Source: the human T2T-CHM13v2.0 reference genome, Homo sapiens. Taken from it: a stretch of DNA of 64,000 nt. Where the stretch lies: NCBI RefSeq assembly GCF_009914755.1, contig NC_060933.1; one strand, 5' to 3'. The notes under the pieces are model-generated. The model was not told the DNA's origin. It was given only the letters and a program-made list of their open reading frames with translations, and searched no databases. Position numbers and translations under genes: made by a program. This document shows positions 13,301 to 28,150 of this stretch, piece after piece; the stretch's first letter is position 1, and the number at the start of each line of letters is the position of its first letter.

Positions 13301-16300
13301 CATTCCATTCCACTCCATTCCGTTCCATTCCATTCCATTGCATTGTATTCGGGTTAATTCCATTCCATTCCATTCCATTCCATTCCATTCCATTACAAGC
13401 GAGTTGATTCCATTCCATTCCGTTGCATTCCATTACATTACATTCGGATTGATTCCATTCAATTCCCTTACTCTCCATTACATTCCATTCCATTCGGGTT
13501 GTTCCATTCCATTCCATTCCATTCCACTCCATTCCATTGCACTCGGGTTGATTCCATTCCATTCCATTCCATTCCATTCCATTCCGGATGATTCCATTCC
13601 ATTGCATTCCGTTCCATTACATTCCCCTGCACTCGCGTTGATTCCATTCCATTCCATTCCATTACATTCCATTCCATTCCATTCCATTCCATTCCATTCC
13701 GTTCCATTCCGTTCCATTCCATTCCATTCCATTCTATTCGGGTTAATTCCATTCCATTCCATTCCATCCCATTCTATTACATTCCATTGGAATCGATTTG
13801 AATCCATTGCATTTCATTCCATTCCATTCCATTCCATTCCATTCCGGAAGATTCCATTCCATTGCATTCCATTCCATTCCATTCCCCTGCACTCGCGTTG
13901 ATTCCATTCCATTCCATTCCATTCCATTCCATTCTGTTCCGTTCCATTCCATTCCATTCCATTCCATTCCGTTCCGTTCCATTCCATTCCATTCCATTCT
14001 ATTCGGGTTAATTCCATTCCATTCCATTCGATTGCAATCGTTTTGATTCCATTCCATTCCATTCCATTCCATTCCATTCCATTCCATTCCATTCCTTTCC
14101 ATTCCATTACGGATGATTCCATTCCATTGCATTCCATTCCATTCCATTCCCCTGTACTCGGGTTGATTCCATTCCATTGCATTCCAATCCATGCCCTTCC
14201 ACTCGTGTTGATTCCATTCTTTCCATTCCCTTCAAGTTGAATCCATTCCATTGCATTCCATTCCTTTCGATTCCATTCGATTGCACTCGGATTGAATCCA
14301 TTCCATTGCATTCCATTCCGTTCCATTCCATTCCATTCCATTCCATTCCGTTCCATTCCATTCCATTACATTCGGATTGATTCTATTCAATTCCCTTACC
14401 CTCCATTACATTCCATTCCATTCGGGTAGTTTCCATTCCATTCCATTCCATTCCTCTCCATTCCATTGCACTCGGGTTGATTCCATTCCATTGCATTCCA
14501 TTCCATTCCATTCAATTCCATTCCGTTCCATTCTATTCCATTACATTCGGATTGATTCTATTCAACTCCCTTACTCTCCATTACATTACATTCCGTTCGG
14601 GTTGTTCCATTCCATTCCATTCCATTCCACTCCATTCCATTGCACTCGGGTTTATTCCATTCCATTCCATTCCATTCCATTCCATTCCATTCCATTCCGG
14701 AAGATTCCATTCCATTGCATTCCATTCCATTCCATTCCCCTGCACTCGCGTTGATTCCATTCCATTCCATTCCATTCCATTCCATTCCATTCCATTCCAT
14801 TCCTTTCTGTTCCATTCCATTCCATTCCATTCCATTCCATTCCATTCCATTGCACACGGGTTCATTCCATTCCATTCCATTCCATTCCATTCCATTCCAT
14901 TCCATTTCATTCCATTCCATTCTATTCCGTACCATTCCATTCCATCCCATTCCATTCCGTTCCAGTCCATGCCATTACACTCGGGTTGATTCCATTCCAT
15001 TCCATTCCATTCCATTTCATTCCATTCCATTCCATTACATTCGGATTGATTCTATTCAATTCCCTTACACTCCATTACATTCCATTCCATTCGGGATGTT
15101 TCCATTCCATTCCATTCCATTCCACTCCATTCCATTGCATCAGGTTGATTGCATTCCATTCCATTCCATTCCATTCCGGATGATTCCATTCCATTGCATT
15201 CCATTCCATTCCATTCCCCTGCACTCGGGTTGATTACATTCCATTTCCTTCCCTTCCATTCCTTTCCATTCCCTTCCATTCCATTCTATTCGTGTGAATT
15301 CCATTCCATTCCATTCCATTCCATTCCATTCCATTCCATTCCATTCCATTCCATTGCAATCGAGTTGATTCCATTCCAATCCATTCCATTCTGTTCCGGA
15401 TGATTCCATTCCATTCCATTCCATTCCATTCCATTCCATTCCATTCCATTCCCCTGCAGTCGGGTTGATTCCATTCCATTCCATTCCATTCCATTCCATT
15501 CCATTCCATTCCATTCCATTCCATTCCGTTCCATTCCATTCTATTCGGGTTAATTCCATTCCATTCCATTCCATTCCATTCCATTCCATTCCATTCCAAT
15601 CGAGTTGATTCCATTCCATTCCATTCCATTCCATTCCACTCCATTTCAGTCCTTTCCATTCCATTACACTCGGGTTGATTCCATTCTATTCCTTTCCATT
15701 CCATTCCATTCCATTGCAATCGAGTTGATTTCATTGCTTTGCATTCCATTCCATTCCATTCCATTCCGGATGATTCCATTCCATTGCATTCCATTCCATT
15801 CCATTCCCCTGCACTCGTGTTGATTCCATTCCATTCCACTCCATTCCGTTCCATTCCATTCCATTCCATTTTATTCGGGTTAATTCCATTCCATTCCATT
15901 CCATTCCATTCCATTCCATTCCATTACATTACATTCCATTACAATTGAGTTGATTCCATTCCATTCCATTCCATTCCATTCCATTCCATTCCAGTCCTTT
16001 CCATTCCATTCCACTCGGGTTGATTCCATTCTATTAGTTTCCATTCCATTCCATTCCCTTCCATTCCACTCTGGTTGATTCCATTCCTTTCCATTCCACT
16101 CGAATACATTCCCTCCTATTCCACTCGGAAAGATTCCATTTCATTCTATTCCATTCCATTCCATTCCATTCCAGTTCGTTCCATTCCATTCTATTCCGTA
16201 CCATTCCATTCCATTCCATTCCTTTCCATTCCATTCTTTTCCACTCGTGTTGATTCCATTCCTTTCCATTCCATTCGGTTTGAAGGCATTCCAGTCCATT

Positions 16301-17410
16301 CAATTCCATTCCTTTCCATTCCATTCCATTGCATTCTATTCCATTCCATTGCAATCGAGTTGAATCCATTGCCTTTCATTCCATTCCATTCCTTTCCATT
16401 CCATTCCTGAAGATTCCATTCCATTCCATTCCATTCCATTGCATTCCCCTGCACTCGCGTTGATTCCATTCCATTCCATTCCATTCCATTCCGTTCCGTT
16501 CCATTCCATTCCATTCCATTCCATTCCATTCCATTCCATTCCATTCCGTTCCGTTCCATTCCATTCCATTCCATTCTATTCGGGTTAATTCCATTCCATT
16601 CCATTCGATTGCCATCGAGTTGATTCCATTCCATTCCATTCCATTCCATTCCATTCCATTCCATTCCATTCCATTCCATTCCTTTCCATTCCATTACGGA
16701 TGACTCCATTCCATTGCATTCTATTCCATTCCATTCCCCTGTACTCGGGTTGATTCCATTCCATTCCATTCGACTCCATTCGGTTCCGTTGCATTCCATT
16801 CTATTGCATTCCATTCTATTCGGGTTAATTCCATTCCATTCTATTCCATTCCATTCCATTCCATTCCATTGCAATGGAGTTGATTCCATTCCATTCCATT
16901 CCATTCCGGATGATTCCATTCCATTGCATTCCATTCCATTCCATTCCCCTGCACTCGTGTTGATTCCATTCCATTCCATTCCACTCCATTCCGTTCCAGT
17001 CCATTCCCTTCCATTCTATTCCGGTTACTTCCATTCCATTCCATTCCATTCCATTCCAATCGAGTTGATTCGATTACATTCCATTCCATTCCATTCCACT
17101 CCATTCCAGTCGTTTCCATTCCATTCCACTCGGGTTGATTCCAATGTATTCCTTTCCATTCCATTCCATTCCATTGCAATCGAGTTGATTCCATTTCTTT
17201 GCATTCCATTCCATTCCATTCCATTCCGGATGATTCCATTCCATTGCATTCCATTCCATTCCATTCCCCTGAACTCGGGTTGAATCCATTCCATTCCACT
17301 CCATTACGTTCCATTCCATTCCATTGCATTGTATTCGGGTTAATTCCATTCCGTTCCATTCCATTCCATTCCATTCCATTCCATTCCATTACAAGCGAGT
17401 TGATTCCATT
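9440..17410 (+). repeat. Tandem duplication, ~3.98-kb unit x2 (about 9440-13420 and 13421-17410)
   Basis: Rare variants recur in the same order: GGAATCGATTTGAATCC 9793/13789, GCACACGGG 10836/14852, GCATCAGGTTG 11201/15137, ACGGATGACT 12700/16696, ACAAGCGAG 13395/17391. Confidence 0.88.
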
Positions 17411-19999
17411 CCATTCCATTCCATTCCAGTCCTTTCCATTCCATTCCTCTCGGGTTGATTCCATTCTATTAGTTTCCATTCCATTCCATTCCCTTCCATT
17501 CCACTCAGGTTTTTTCCATTCCTTTCCATTCCACTCGAATACATTCCCTCCTATTCCACTCAGAACGATTCCATTCCATTCCATTCCATTCCATTCCATT
17601 CCATTCCATTCCATTTCGTTCCATTCCATTCTATTCCGTATCATTCCATTCCATTCCATTCCATTCCATTCCATTCCATTCCATTGTACTCGGGTTGATT
17701 CAATTCCATTGCATTCCATTCCATTCCATTCCATTCCATTCCGTTGCATTCCATTCCATTACATTCGGATTGATTGTATTCAACTCCCTTACTCTCCATT
17801 ACATTCCATTCCATTCGGGTTGTTCCATTCCATTCCATTCCATTCCACTCCATTCCATTGCACTCGGGTTGATTCCATTCCATTCCATTCCATTCCATTC
17901 CATTCCATTCCGGATGATTCCATTCCGGATGATTCCATTCCATTGCATTCCGTTCCATTACATTCCCCTGCACTCGCATTGATTCCATTCCATTCCATTC
18001 CATTCCATTCAATTCCATTCCATTACAATTCTTTCCATTCCATTCTATTCCGTACAATTCCATTCCATTCCATACCATTCCATTCCATTCCATTCCATTC
18101 CATTCCATTCCGTTCCATTCCGATCCATTCCATTCCATTCCATTCCATTCCATTCTATTCGAATTAATCCCATTCAATTCCATTCCATTCCATTCTATTC
18201 CATTCCATTGCAATCGAGTTGAATCCATTGCATTTCATTCCATTCCATTCCATTCCATTCCATTCCGTTCCGTTCCATTCCATTCCATTCCATTCTATTC
18301 GGGTTAATTCCATTCCATTCCATTCGATTGCAATCGAGTTGATTCCATTCCATTCCATTCCATTCCATTCCATTCCATTCCATTCCATTCCATTCCTTTC
18401 CATTCCATTACGGATGATTCCATTCCATTGCATTCCATTCCATTCCATTCCCCTGTACTCGGGTTGATTCCATTCCATTCCATTCCAATCCATGCCATTC
18501 CACTCGTGTTGATTCCATTCTTTCCATTCCATTCAAGTTGAATCCATTCCATTGCATTCCATTCCATTCGATTCCATTCGATTGCACTCGGGTTGATTCC
18601 ATTCCATTGCATTCCATTCCATTCCATTCCATTCCATTCCATTCCATTCTATTCCGTTCCATTCCATTCCATTACATTCGGATTGATTCTATTCAATTCC
18701 CTTACACTCCATTACATTATATTCCATTCGGGTAGTTTCCATTCCATTCCATTCCATTCCTCTCCATTCCATTGAACTCGGGTTGATTCCATTCCATTTC
18801 ATTCCATTCCATTCCATTCCATTCCATTCCATTACGGAAGATTCCATTCCATTGCATTCCATTCCATTCCATTCCCCTGCACTCGCGTTGATTCCATTCC
18901 ATTCCATTCCATTCCATTCCATTCCATTCCTTTCCGTTCCATTCCATTCCATTCCATTCCATTCCATTCCAATCCATTCCATTCCGTTCTGTTCCGTTCC
19001 ATTCCATTCCATTCCATTTTATTCGGGTTAATTCCATTCCATTCCATTCCATTCCATTCCATTCCATTCCATTACATTACATTCCATTACAATTGAGTTG
19101 ATTCCATTCCATTCCATTCCATTCCATTCCATTCCATTCCATTACAGTCCTTTCCATTCCATTCCACTCGGGTTGATTCCATTCTATTAATTTCCATTCC
19201 ATTCCATTCCCTTCCATTCCACTCTGGTTGATTCCATTCCTTTCCATTCCACTCGAATACATTCCCTCCTATTCCACTCGGAATGATTCCATTTCATTCC
19301 ATTCCATTCCATTCCATTCCATTCCAGTTCGTTCCATTCCATTCTATTCCGTACCATTCCATTCCATTCCATTCCTTTCCATTCCATTCTTTTCCACTCG
19401 TGTTGATTCCATTCCTTTCCATTCCATTCGGTTTGAAGGCATTCCAGTCCATTCAATTCCATTCCTTTCCATTCCATTCCATTCCATTCTATTCCATTCC
19501 ATTGCAATCGAGTTGAATCCATTGCCTTTCATTCCATTCCATTCCTTTCCATTCCATTCCTGAAGATTCCATTCCATTCCATTCCATTCCATTGCATTCC
19601 CCTGCACTCGCGTTGATTCCATTCCATTCCATTCCATTCCATTCCGTTCCGTTCCATTCCATTCCATTCCATTCTATTCGGGTTAATTCCATTCCATTCC
19701 ATTCGATTGCAATCGTGTTGATTCCATTCCATTCCATTCCATTCCATTCCATTCCATTCCATTCCATTCCTTTCCATTCCATTACGGATGATTCCATTCC
19801 ATTGCATTCCATTCCATTCCATTCCCCTGCACTCGGGTTGATTCCATTCCATTCCACTCCATTCCATTGCACTCGGGTTGATTCCAGTCCATTCCATTCC
19901 ATTCCATTCCATTCCATTCCATTCCCCTGCACTCGGGTTGATTCCATTCCATTCCACTCCATTCCATTGCACTCGGGTTGATTCCATTCCATTCCATTC

Positions 20000-22900
20000 C
20001 ATTCCATTCCATTCCGGATGATTCCATTCCATTGCATTCCATTCCATTCCGTTCCCCTGCACTCGGGTTGATTCCATTCCATTCCAATCCATTCCGTTCC
20101 ATTCCATTCCATTCCACTGTATTCGGGTTAATTCCATTCCATTCCATTCCATTCCATTCCATTCCATTCCATTACATTACAATCGAGTTGATTCCATTCC
20201 ATTCCATTCCATTCCATTCCATTCCAGTCCTTTCCATTCCATTCCACTCGGGTTGATTCCATTCTATTAGTTTCCATTCCATTCCATTCCCTTCCATTCC
20301 ACTCTGGTTGATTCCATTCCTTTCCATTCCACTCGAATACATTCCCTCCTATTCCACTCGGAACGATTCCATTCCATTCCATTCCATTCCATTCCATTCC
20401 ATTCCATTCCATTTCGTTCCATTCCATTCTATTCCGTATCATTCCATTCCATTCCATTCCATTCGATTCCATTCCATTCCATTCGTGATGATTCCATTCC
20501 TTTCCATTCCATTCGGTTTGAAGGCATTCCATTCCATTCCATTCCATTCCATTCCATTCCATTCCATTCCATTGTACTCGGGTTGATTCCATTCCATTGC
20601 ATTCCATTACATTCCATTCCATTCCATTTCATTCCGTTGCATTCCATTCCATTCCGGATGATTCCATTCCATTGCATTCCGTTCCATTACATTCCCCTGC
20701 ACTCTGGTTGATTCCATTCCATTCCATTCCATTCCATTCCATTCCAATTCTTTGCATTCCTTTCTATTCCGTAGCATTCCATTCCATTCCATACAACTCC
20801 ATTCCATTCCATTCCACTCCGTTCTGTTCCGTTCCGTTCCGTTCCATTCCATTCCATTCCATTGTATTCGGTTTAATTCCATTCCATTCCATTCTATTCC
20901 ATTCCATTGCAATCGAGTTGAATCCATTGCATTCCATTCCATTCCATTCCATTCCATTCCATTCCATTCAATTACGGAAGATTCCATTCCATTGCATTCC
21001 ATTCCATTCCATTCCACTCCATTCCATTCCATTGTACTCGGGTTGATTCCATTCCATTCCTTTCCATTCCATTCCATTCCATTCCATTCCATTCCGATCC
21101 ATTCCATTCCATTACATTCGGATTGATTCTTTTCAACTCCCTTACTCTCCATTACATTCCATTCCATTCGGGTTGTTCCTTTCAATTCCATTCCATTCCA
21201 TTCCACTCCATTCCATTGCACTCGGGTTGATTCCATTCCATTCCATTCCATTCCATTCCGGATGATTCCATTCCATTGCATTCCGTTCCATTACATTCCC
21301 CTGCACTCGGGTTGATTCCATTCCACTCCATTCCATTCCATTCGATTCTATTCCGTTCCCCTGCACTCGCGTTGATTCCATTCCATTCCATTCCATTCCA
21401 TTCCATTCCATTCCTTTCCATTCCAGTCCTTTCCATTCCATTCCACTCGGGTTGATTCCATTCTATTAGTTTCCATTCCATTCCATTCCCTTCCATTCCA
21501 CTCTGGTTGATTCCATTCCTTTCCATTCCACTCGAATACACTCCCTCCTATTCCACTCGGAACGATTCCATTCCATTCCATTCCATTCCATTCCATTCCA
21601 TTCCATTCCGTTTCATTCCATTTTGTTCCATTCCATTCTATTCCGTATCATTCCATTCCATTCCATTCCATTCCATTCCATTCCATTCCATTCCACTCGT
21701 GTTGATTCCATTCCTTTCCATTCCATTCGGTTTGAAGGTATTCCATTCCATTCCATTCCATTCCATTCCATTCCATTCCATTCCATTGTACTCGGGTTGA
21801 TTCCATTCCATTGCATTCCATTCCATTACATTCCATTCCATTCCATTACATTCCATTCCATTCCGTTGCATTCCATTCCATTACATTCGGATTGATTCTA
21901 TTCAACTCCCTTACTCTCCATTACATTCCATTCCATTCGGGTTGTTCCATTCCATTCCATTCCATTACACTCCATTCAATTGCACTCGGGTTGATTCCAT
22001 TCCATTCCATTCCATTCCATTCCATTCCGGATGATTCCATTCCATTGCATTCCGTTCCATTACATTCCCCTGCACTCGCGTTGATTCCATTCCATTCCAT
22101 TCCATTCAATTCCATTCCATTACAATTCGTTGCATTCCATTCTATTCCGTACCATTCCATTCCATTCCATACCATTCCATTGCATTCCATTCCATTCCAT
22201 TCCGTTCCATTCTGTTCCATTCCATTCCATTCCATTCTATTCGGGTTAATTCCATTCCATTCCATTCCATTCCATTCCATTCCATTCCATTCTATTCCAT
22301 TCCATTGCAATCGAGTTGAATCCATTGCATTTCATTCCATTCTATTCCATTCCATTCCATTCCGGAAGATTCCATTCCATTGCATTCCATTCCATTCCAT
22401 TCCCCTGCACTCGCGTTGATTCCATTCCATTCCATTCCATTCCATTCCATTCCATTCCATTCCGTTCCGTTCCTTTCCATTCCATTCCATTCCATTCCGT
22501 TCCGTTCCATTCCATTCCATGCCATTCTATTCGGGTTAATTCCATTCCATTCCATTCGATTGCAATCGAGTTGATTCCATTCCATTCCATTCCATTCCAT
22601 TCCATTCCATTCCATTCCATTCCTTTCCATTCCATTTCGGATGATTCCATTCCATTGCATTCCATTCCATTCCATTCCCCTGTACTCGGGTTGATTCCAT
22701 TCCATTCCATTCCAATCCATGCCATTCCACTCGTGTTGATTCCATTCTTTCCATTCCATTCAAGTTGAATCCATTCCATTGCATTCCATTCCATTCGATT
22801 CCATTCGATTGCACTCGGGTTGATTCCATTCCATTGCATTCCATTCCATTCCATTGCATTCCATTCCATTCCATTCCCTTCCATTCCATTCCATTACATT

Positions 22901-25900
22901 GGGATTGATTCTATTCAACTCCCTTACTCTCCATTACATTGCATTCCATTCGGGTTGTTCCATTCTATTCCATTCCATTCCACTCCATTCCATTGCACTC
23001 GGGTTTATTCCATTCCATTCCATTCCATTCCATTCCATTCCATTCCATTCCGGAAGATTCCATTCCATTGCATTCCATTCCATTCCATTCCCCTGCACTC
23101 GCGTTGATTCCATTCCATTCCATTCCATTCCGTTCCATTCCTTTCCGTTCCATTCCATTCCATTCCATTCCATTCCAATCCATTCCATTACGTTCCGTTC
23201 CGTTCCATTCCATTCCATTCCATTCTATTCGGGTTAATTCCATTCCATTCCATTCGATTGCAATCGAGTTGATTCCATTCCATTCCATTCCATTCCATTC
23301 CTTTCCATTGCATTACTGATGATTCCATTCCATTGCATTCCATTCCATTCCATTCCCCTGTACTCGGGTTGATTCCATTCCATTCCATTCCAATCCATGC
23401 CATTCCACTCGTGTTGATTCCATTCTTTCCATTCCATTCATGTTGAATCCATTCCATTGCATTCCATTCCATTCCATTCCCCTGCAGTCGGGTTGATTCC
23501 ATTCCATTCCATTCCATTCCCTTCCATTCCCTTCCATTCCATTCCATTCCATTCCATTCTATTCGGGTTAATTCCATTCCATTCCATTCCATTCCATTCC
23601 ATTCCATTCCAATCGAGTTGATTCCATTCCATTCCATTCCATTCCATTCCACTCCATTCCAGTCCTTTCCATTCCATTCCAGTCGGCTTGATTCCAGTGT
23701 ATTCCTTTCCATTCCTTTCCATTCCATTGCAATCGAGTTGATTCTATTGCTTTGCATTCCATTCCATTCCATTCCATTCCGGATGATTCCATTCCATTCC
23801 ATTCCATTCCATTCCATTCCCCTGCACTCGGGTTGATTCCATTCCATTCCACTCCATTCCATTCCATTCCATTCCATTCCATTCCATTACAATCGAGTTG
23901 ATTCCATTCCATTCCATTCCATTCCAGTCCTTTCCATTCCATTCCACTTGGTTTGATTCCATTCTATTAGTTTCCATTCCATTCCATTCCCTTCCATTCC
24001 ACTCTGGTTGATTCCATTCCTTTCCATTCCACTCGAATACATTCCCTCCTATTCCACTCGGAACGATTCCATTCCATTCCCTTCCATTCCATTCCATTTC
24101 GTTCCATTCCATTCTATTCCGTATCATTCCGTTTTATTCCATTCCATTCCATTCCATTCCATTCCATTCCATTCCATTGTACTCAAGTTGATTCCATTCC
24201 ATTGCATTCCATTCCATTCCATTCCATTCCATTCCGTTGCATTCCATTCCATTACATTCGGATTGATTCTATTCAACTCCCTTACTCTCCATTACTTTCC
24301 ATTCCATTCGGTTTGTTCCATTGCATTCCATTCCATTCCACTCCATTCCATTGCACTCGGGTTGATGCCATACCATTCCATTCCATTCCATTCCATTCCG
24401 TATGATTCCTTTCCATTGCATTCCGTTCCATTACATTCCCGTGCACTCTCGTTGATTCCATTCCATTCCATTCCTTTCCATTCAATTCCATTCCATTACA
24501 ATTCGTTCCATTCCATTCTATTCCGTACCATTCCATTCCATTCCATACCATTCCATTCCATTCCATTCCGTTCCATTCCTTTCCATTACATTCCATTCCA
24601 TTCAATTCGGATTAATTCCATTCCATTCCATTCCATTCCATTCTATTCCATTCCATTGCAATCGAGTTGAATCCATTGCATTTCATTCGATTCCTTTCCA
24701 TTCCATTCCATTCGGGAAGATTCCATTCCATTGCATTCCATTGCATTCCATTCCCCTGCACTCACGTTGATTCCATTCCATTCCATTCCACTCTATTCCA
24801 TTCCATTCCGTTCCGTTCAATTCCATTCTATTCCATTCCGTTCCGTTCCATTCCATTCCTTTCCATTCTATTCGGGCTAATTCCATTCCATTCCATTCGA
24901 TTGCAATCGTGTTGATTCCATTCCATTCCATTCCATTCCATTCCATTCCATTCCATTGTACTCGGGTTGATTCCATTCCATTCCATTCCATTCCATTCCG
25001 GATGATTCCATTCCATTGCATTCCATTCCATTCCGTTCCCCTGCACTTGGGTTGAATCCATTCCATTCCACTCCATTCCGTTCCATTCCATTCCATTCCA
25101 TTGTATTCGGGTTAATTCCATTCCATTCCATTCCATTCCATTCCATTCCATTCCATTACAATCGAGTTGATTCCATTCCATTCCATTCCATTCCATTCCA
25201 TTCCAGTCCTTTCCATTCCATTCCACTCGGGTTGATTCCATTCTATTAGTTTCCATTCCATTCCATTCCCTTCCATTCCACTCTGGTTGATTCCATTCCT
25301 TTCCATTCCACTCGAATACATTCCCTCCTATTCCACTCGGAACGATTCCATTCGATTCCATTCCATTCCATTCCATTCCATTCCATTTCGTTCCATTCCA
25401 TTCTATTCCGTATCATTCCATTCCATTCCATTCCATTCCATTCCATTCCATTCCATTCGTGTAGATTCCATTCCATTCCATTCCATTCGTGTTGATTCCA
25501 TTCCTTTCCATTCCATTCGGTTTGAAGGCATTCCATTCCATTCCATTCCATTCCATTCCATTCCATTCCATTCCATTGTACTCGGGTTGATTCCATTCCA
25601 TTGCATTCCATTACATTCCATTCCATTCCATTTCATTCCGTTGCATTCCATTCCATTCCGGATGATTCCATTCCATTGCATTCCGTTCCATTACATTCCC
25701 CTGCACTCTGGTTGATTCCATTCCATTCCATTCCATTCCATTCCATTCCATTCCATTCCATTCCAATTCTTTGCATTCCTTTCTATTCCGTACCATTCCA
25801 TTCCATTCCATACAATTCCATTCCATTCCATTCCACTCCGTTCCGTTCCGTTCCGTTCCGTTCCATTCCATTCCATTCCATTCTATTCGGTTTAATTCCT

Positions 25901-28150
25901 TTCCATTCCATTCTATTCCATTCCATTGCAATCGAGTTGAATCCATTGCATTCCATTCCATTCCATTCCATTCCATTCCATTCCATTCCATTCCATTCCA
26001 TTCCATTCAATTCCTGAAGATTCCATTCCATTGCATTCCATTCCATTCCATTCCATTCCATTCCATTCCATTGTACTCGGGTTGATTCCATTCCATTCCA
26101 TTCCATTCCATTCCATTCCATTCCATTCCGATCCATTCCATTCCATTACATTCGGATTGATTCTTTTCAACTCCCTTACTCTCCATTACATTCCATTCCA
26201 TTCGGGTTGTTCCTTTCAATTCCATTCCATTCCATTCCACTCCATTCCATTGCACTCGGGTTGATTCCATTCCATTCCATTCCATTCCGTTCCGGATGAT
26301 TCCATTCCATTGCATTCCGTTCCATTACATTCCCCTGCACTCGGGTTGATTCCATTCCATTCCATTCCATTCCATTCGATTCTATTCCATTCCCCTGCAC
26401 TCGCGTTGATTCCATTCCATTCCATTCCATTCCATTCCATTCCATTCCATTCCCTTCCATTCCATTCCTTTCCATTCCAGTCCTGTCCATTCCATTCCAC
26501 TCGGGTTCATTCCATTCTATTAGTTTCCATTCCATTCCATTCCCTTCCATTCCACTCTGGTCGATTCCATTCCTTTCCATTCCACTCGAATACATTCCCT
26601 CCTATTCCACTTGGAACGATTCCATTCTATTCCATTCCATTCCATTCCATTCCATTCCATTTCATTCCATTTTGTTCCATTCCATTCTATTCCGTATCAT
26701 TCCATTCCATTCCATTCCATTCCATTCCATTCCATTCCACTCGTGTTGATTCCATTCCTTTCCATTCCATTCGGTTTGAAGGTATTCCATTCCATTCCAT
26801 TCCATTCCATTCCATTCCATTCCATTGTACTCGGGTTGATTCCATTCCATTGCATTCCATTCCATTACATTCCATTCCATTCCGTTGCATTCCATTCCAT
26901 TACATTCGGATTGATTCTATTCAACTCCCTTACTCTCCATTACATTCCATTCCATTCGGGTTGTTCCATTCCATTCCATTCCATTACACTCCATTCAATT
27001 GCACTCGGGTTGATTCCATTCCATTCCATTCCATTCCATTCCATTCCGGATGATTCCATTCCATTGCATTCCGTTCCATTACATTCCCCTGCACTCGCGT
27101 TGATTCCATTCCATTCCATTCCATTCAATTCCATTCCATTACAATTCGTTCCATTCCATTCTATTCCGTACCATTCCATTCCATTCCATACCATTCCATT
27201 GCATTCCATTCCATTCCATTCCGTTCCATTCCTTTCCATTCCATTCCATTCCATTCTATTCGGGTTAATTCCATTCCATTCCATTCTATTCCATTCCATT
27301 CCATTCTATTCCATTCCATTGCAATCGAGTTGAATCCATTGCATTTCATTCCATTCTATTCCATTCCACTCCATTCCGGAAGATTCCATTCCATTGCATT
27401 CCATTCCATTCCAATCCCCTGCACTCGCGTTGATTCCATTCCATTCCATTCCATTCCATTCCATTCCATTCCATTCCGTTCCGTTCCATTCCATTCCATT
27501 CCATTCCATTCCATTCCGTTCCGTTCCATTCCATTCCATGCCATTCTATTTGGGTTAATTCCATTCCATTCCATTCGATTGCAATCGAGTTGATTCCATT
27601 CCATTCCATTCCATTCTATTCCATTCCATTGCAATCGAGTTGAATCCATTGCATTTCATTCCATTCTATTCCATTCCATTCCATTCCGGAAGATTCCATT
27701 CCATTGCATTCCATTCCATTCCAATCCCCTGCACTCGCGTTGATTCCATTCCATTCCATTCCATTCCATTCCATTCCATTCCATTCCGTTCCGTTCCATT
27801 CCATTCCATTCCATTCCATTCCGTTCCGTTCCATTCCATTCCATGCCATTCTATTCGGGTTAATTCCATTCCATTCCATTCGATTGCAATCGAGTTGATT
27901 CCATTCCATTCCATTCCATTCCATTCCATTCCATTCCATTCCATTCCATTCCTCTCCATTCCATTACGGATGATTACATTCCATTGCATTCCATTCCATT
28001 CCATTCCCCTGTACTCGGATTGATTCCATTCCATTCTATTCCAATCCATGCCATTCCACTCGTGTTGATTCCATTCTTTCCATTCCATTCAAGTTGAATC
28101 CATTCCATTGCATTCCATTCCATTCGATTCCATTCGATTGCACTCGGGTT
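20000..28150 (+). repeat. Paired ~2.8-kb blocks about 5.0 kb apart (20000-22830 and 24985-28150)
   Basis: Shared rare variants: GTTCCCCTGC 20051/25035, CAATTCTTTGCATTCCTTTCT ~20745/25764, GGTTGTTCCTTTCAATT 21171/26205, TTTGAAGGTA 21731/26775, CCATGCCATTCTATT ~22517/27536. Confidence 0.85.
27301..27915 (+). repeat. Local ~310-bp tandem duplication
   Basis: GCAATCGAGTTGAATCC at 27321 and 27631; rare CCAATCCCCTGC at 27411 and 27721; CCATGCC at 27536 and 27841. Confidence 0.9.
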
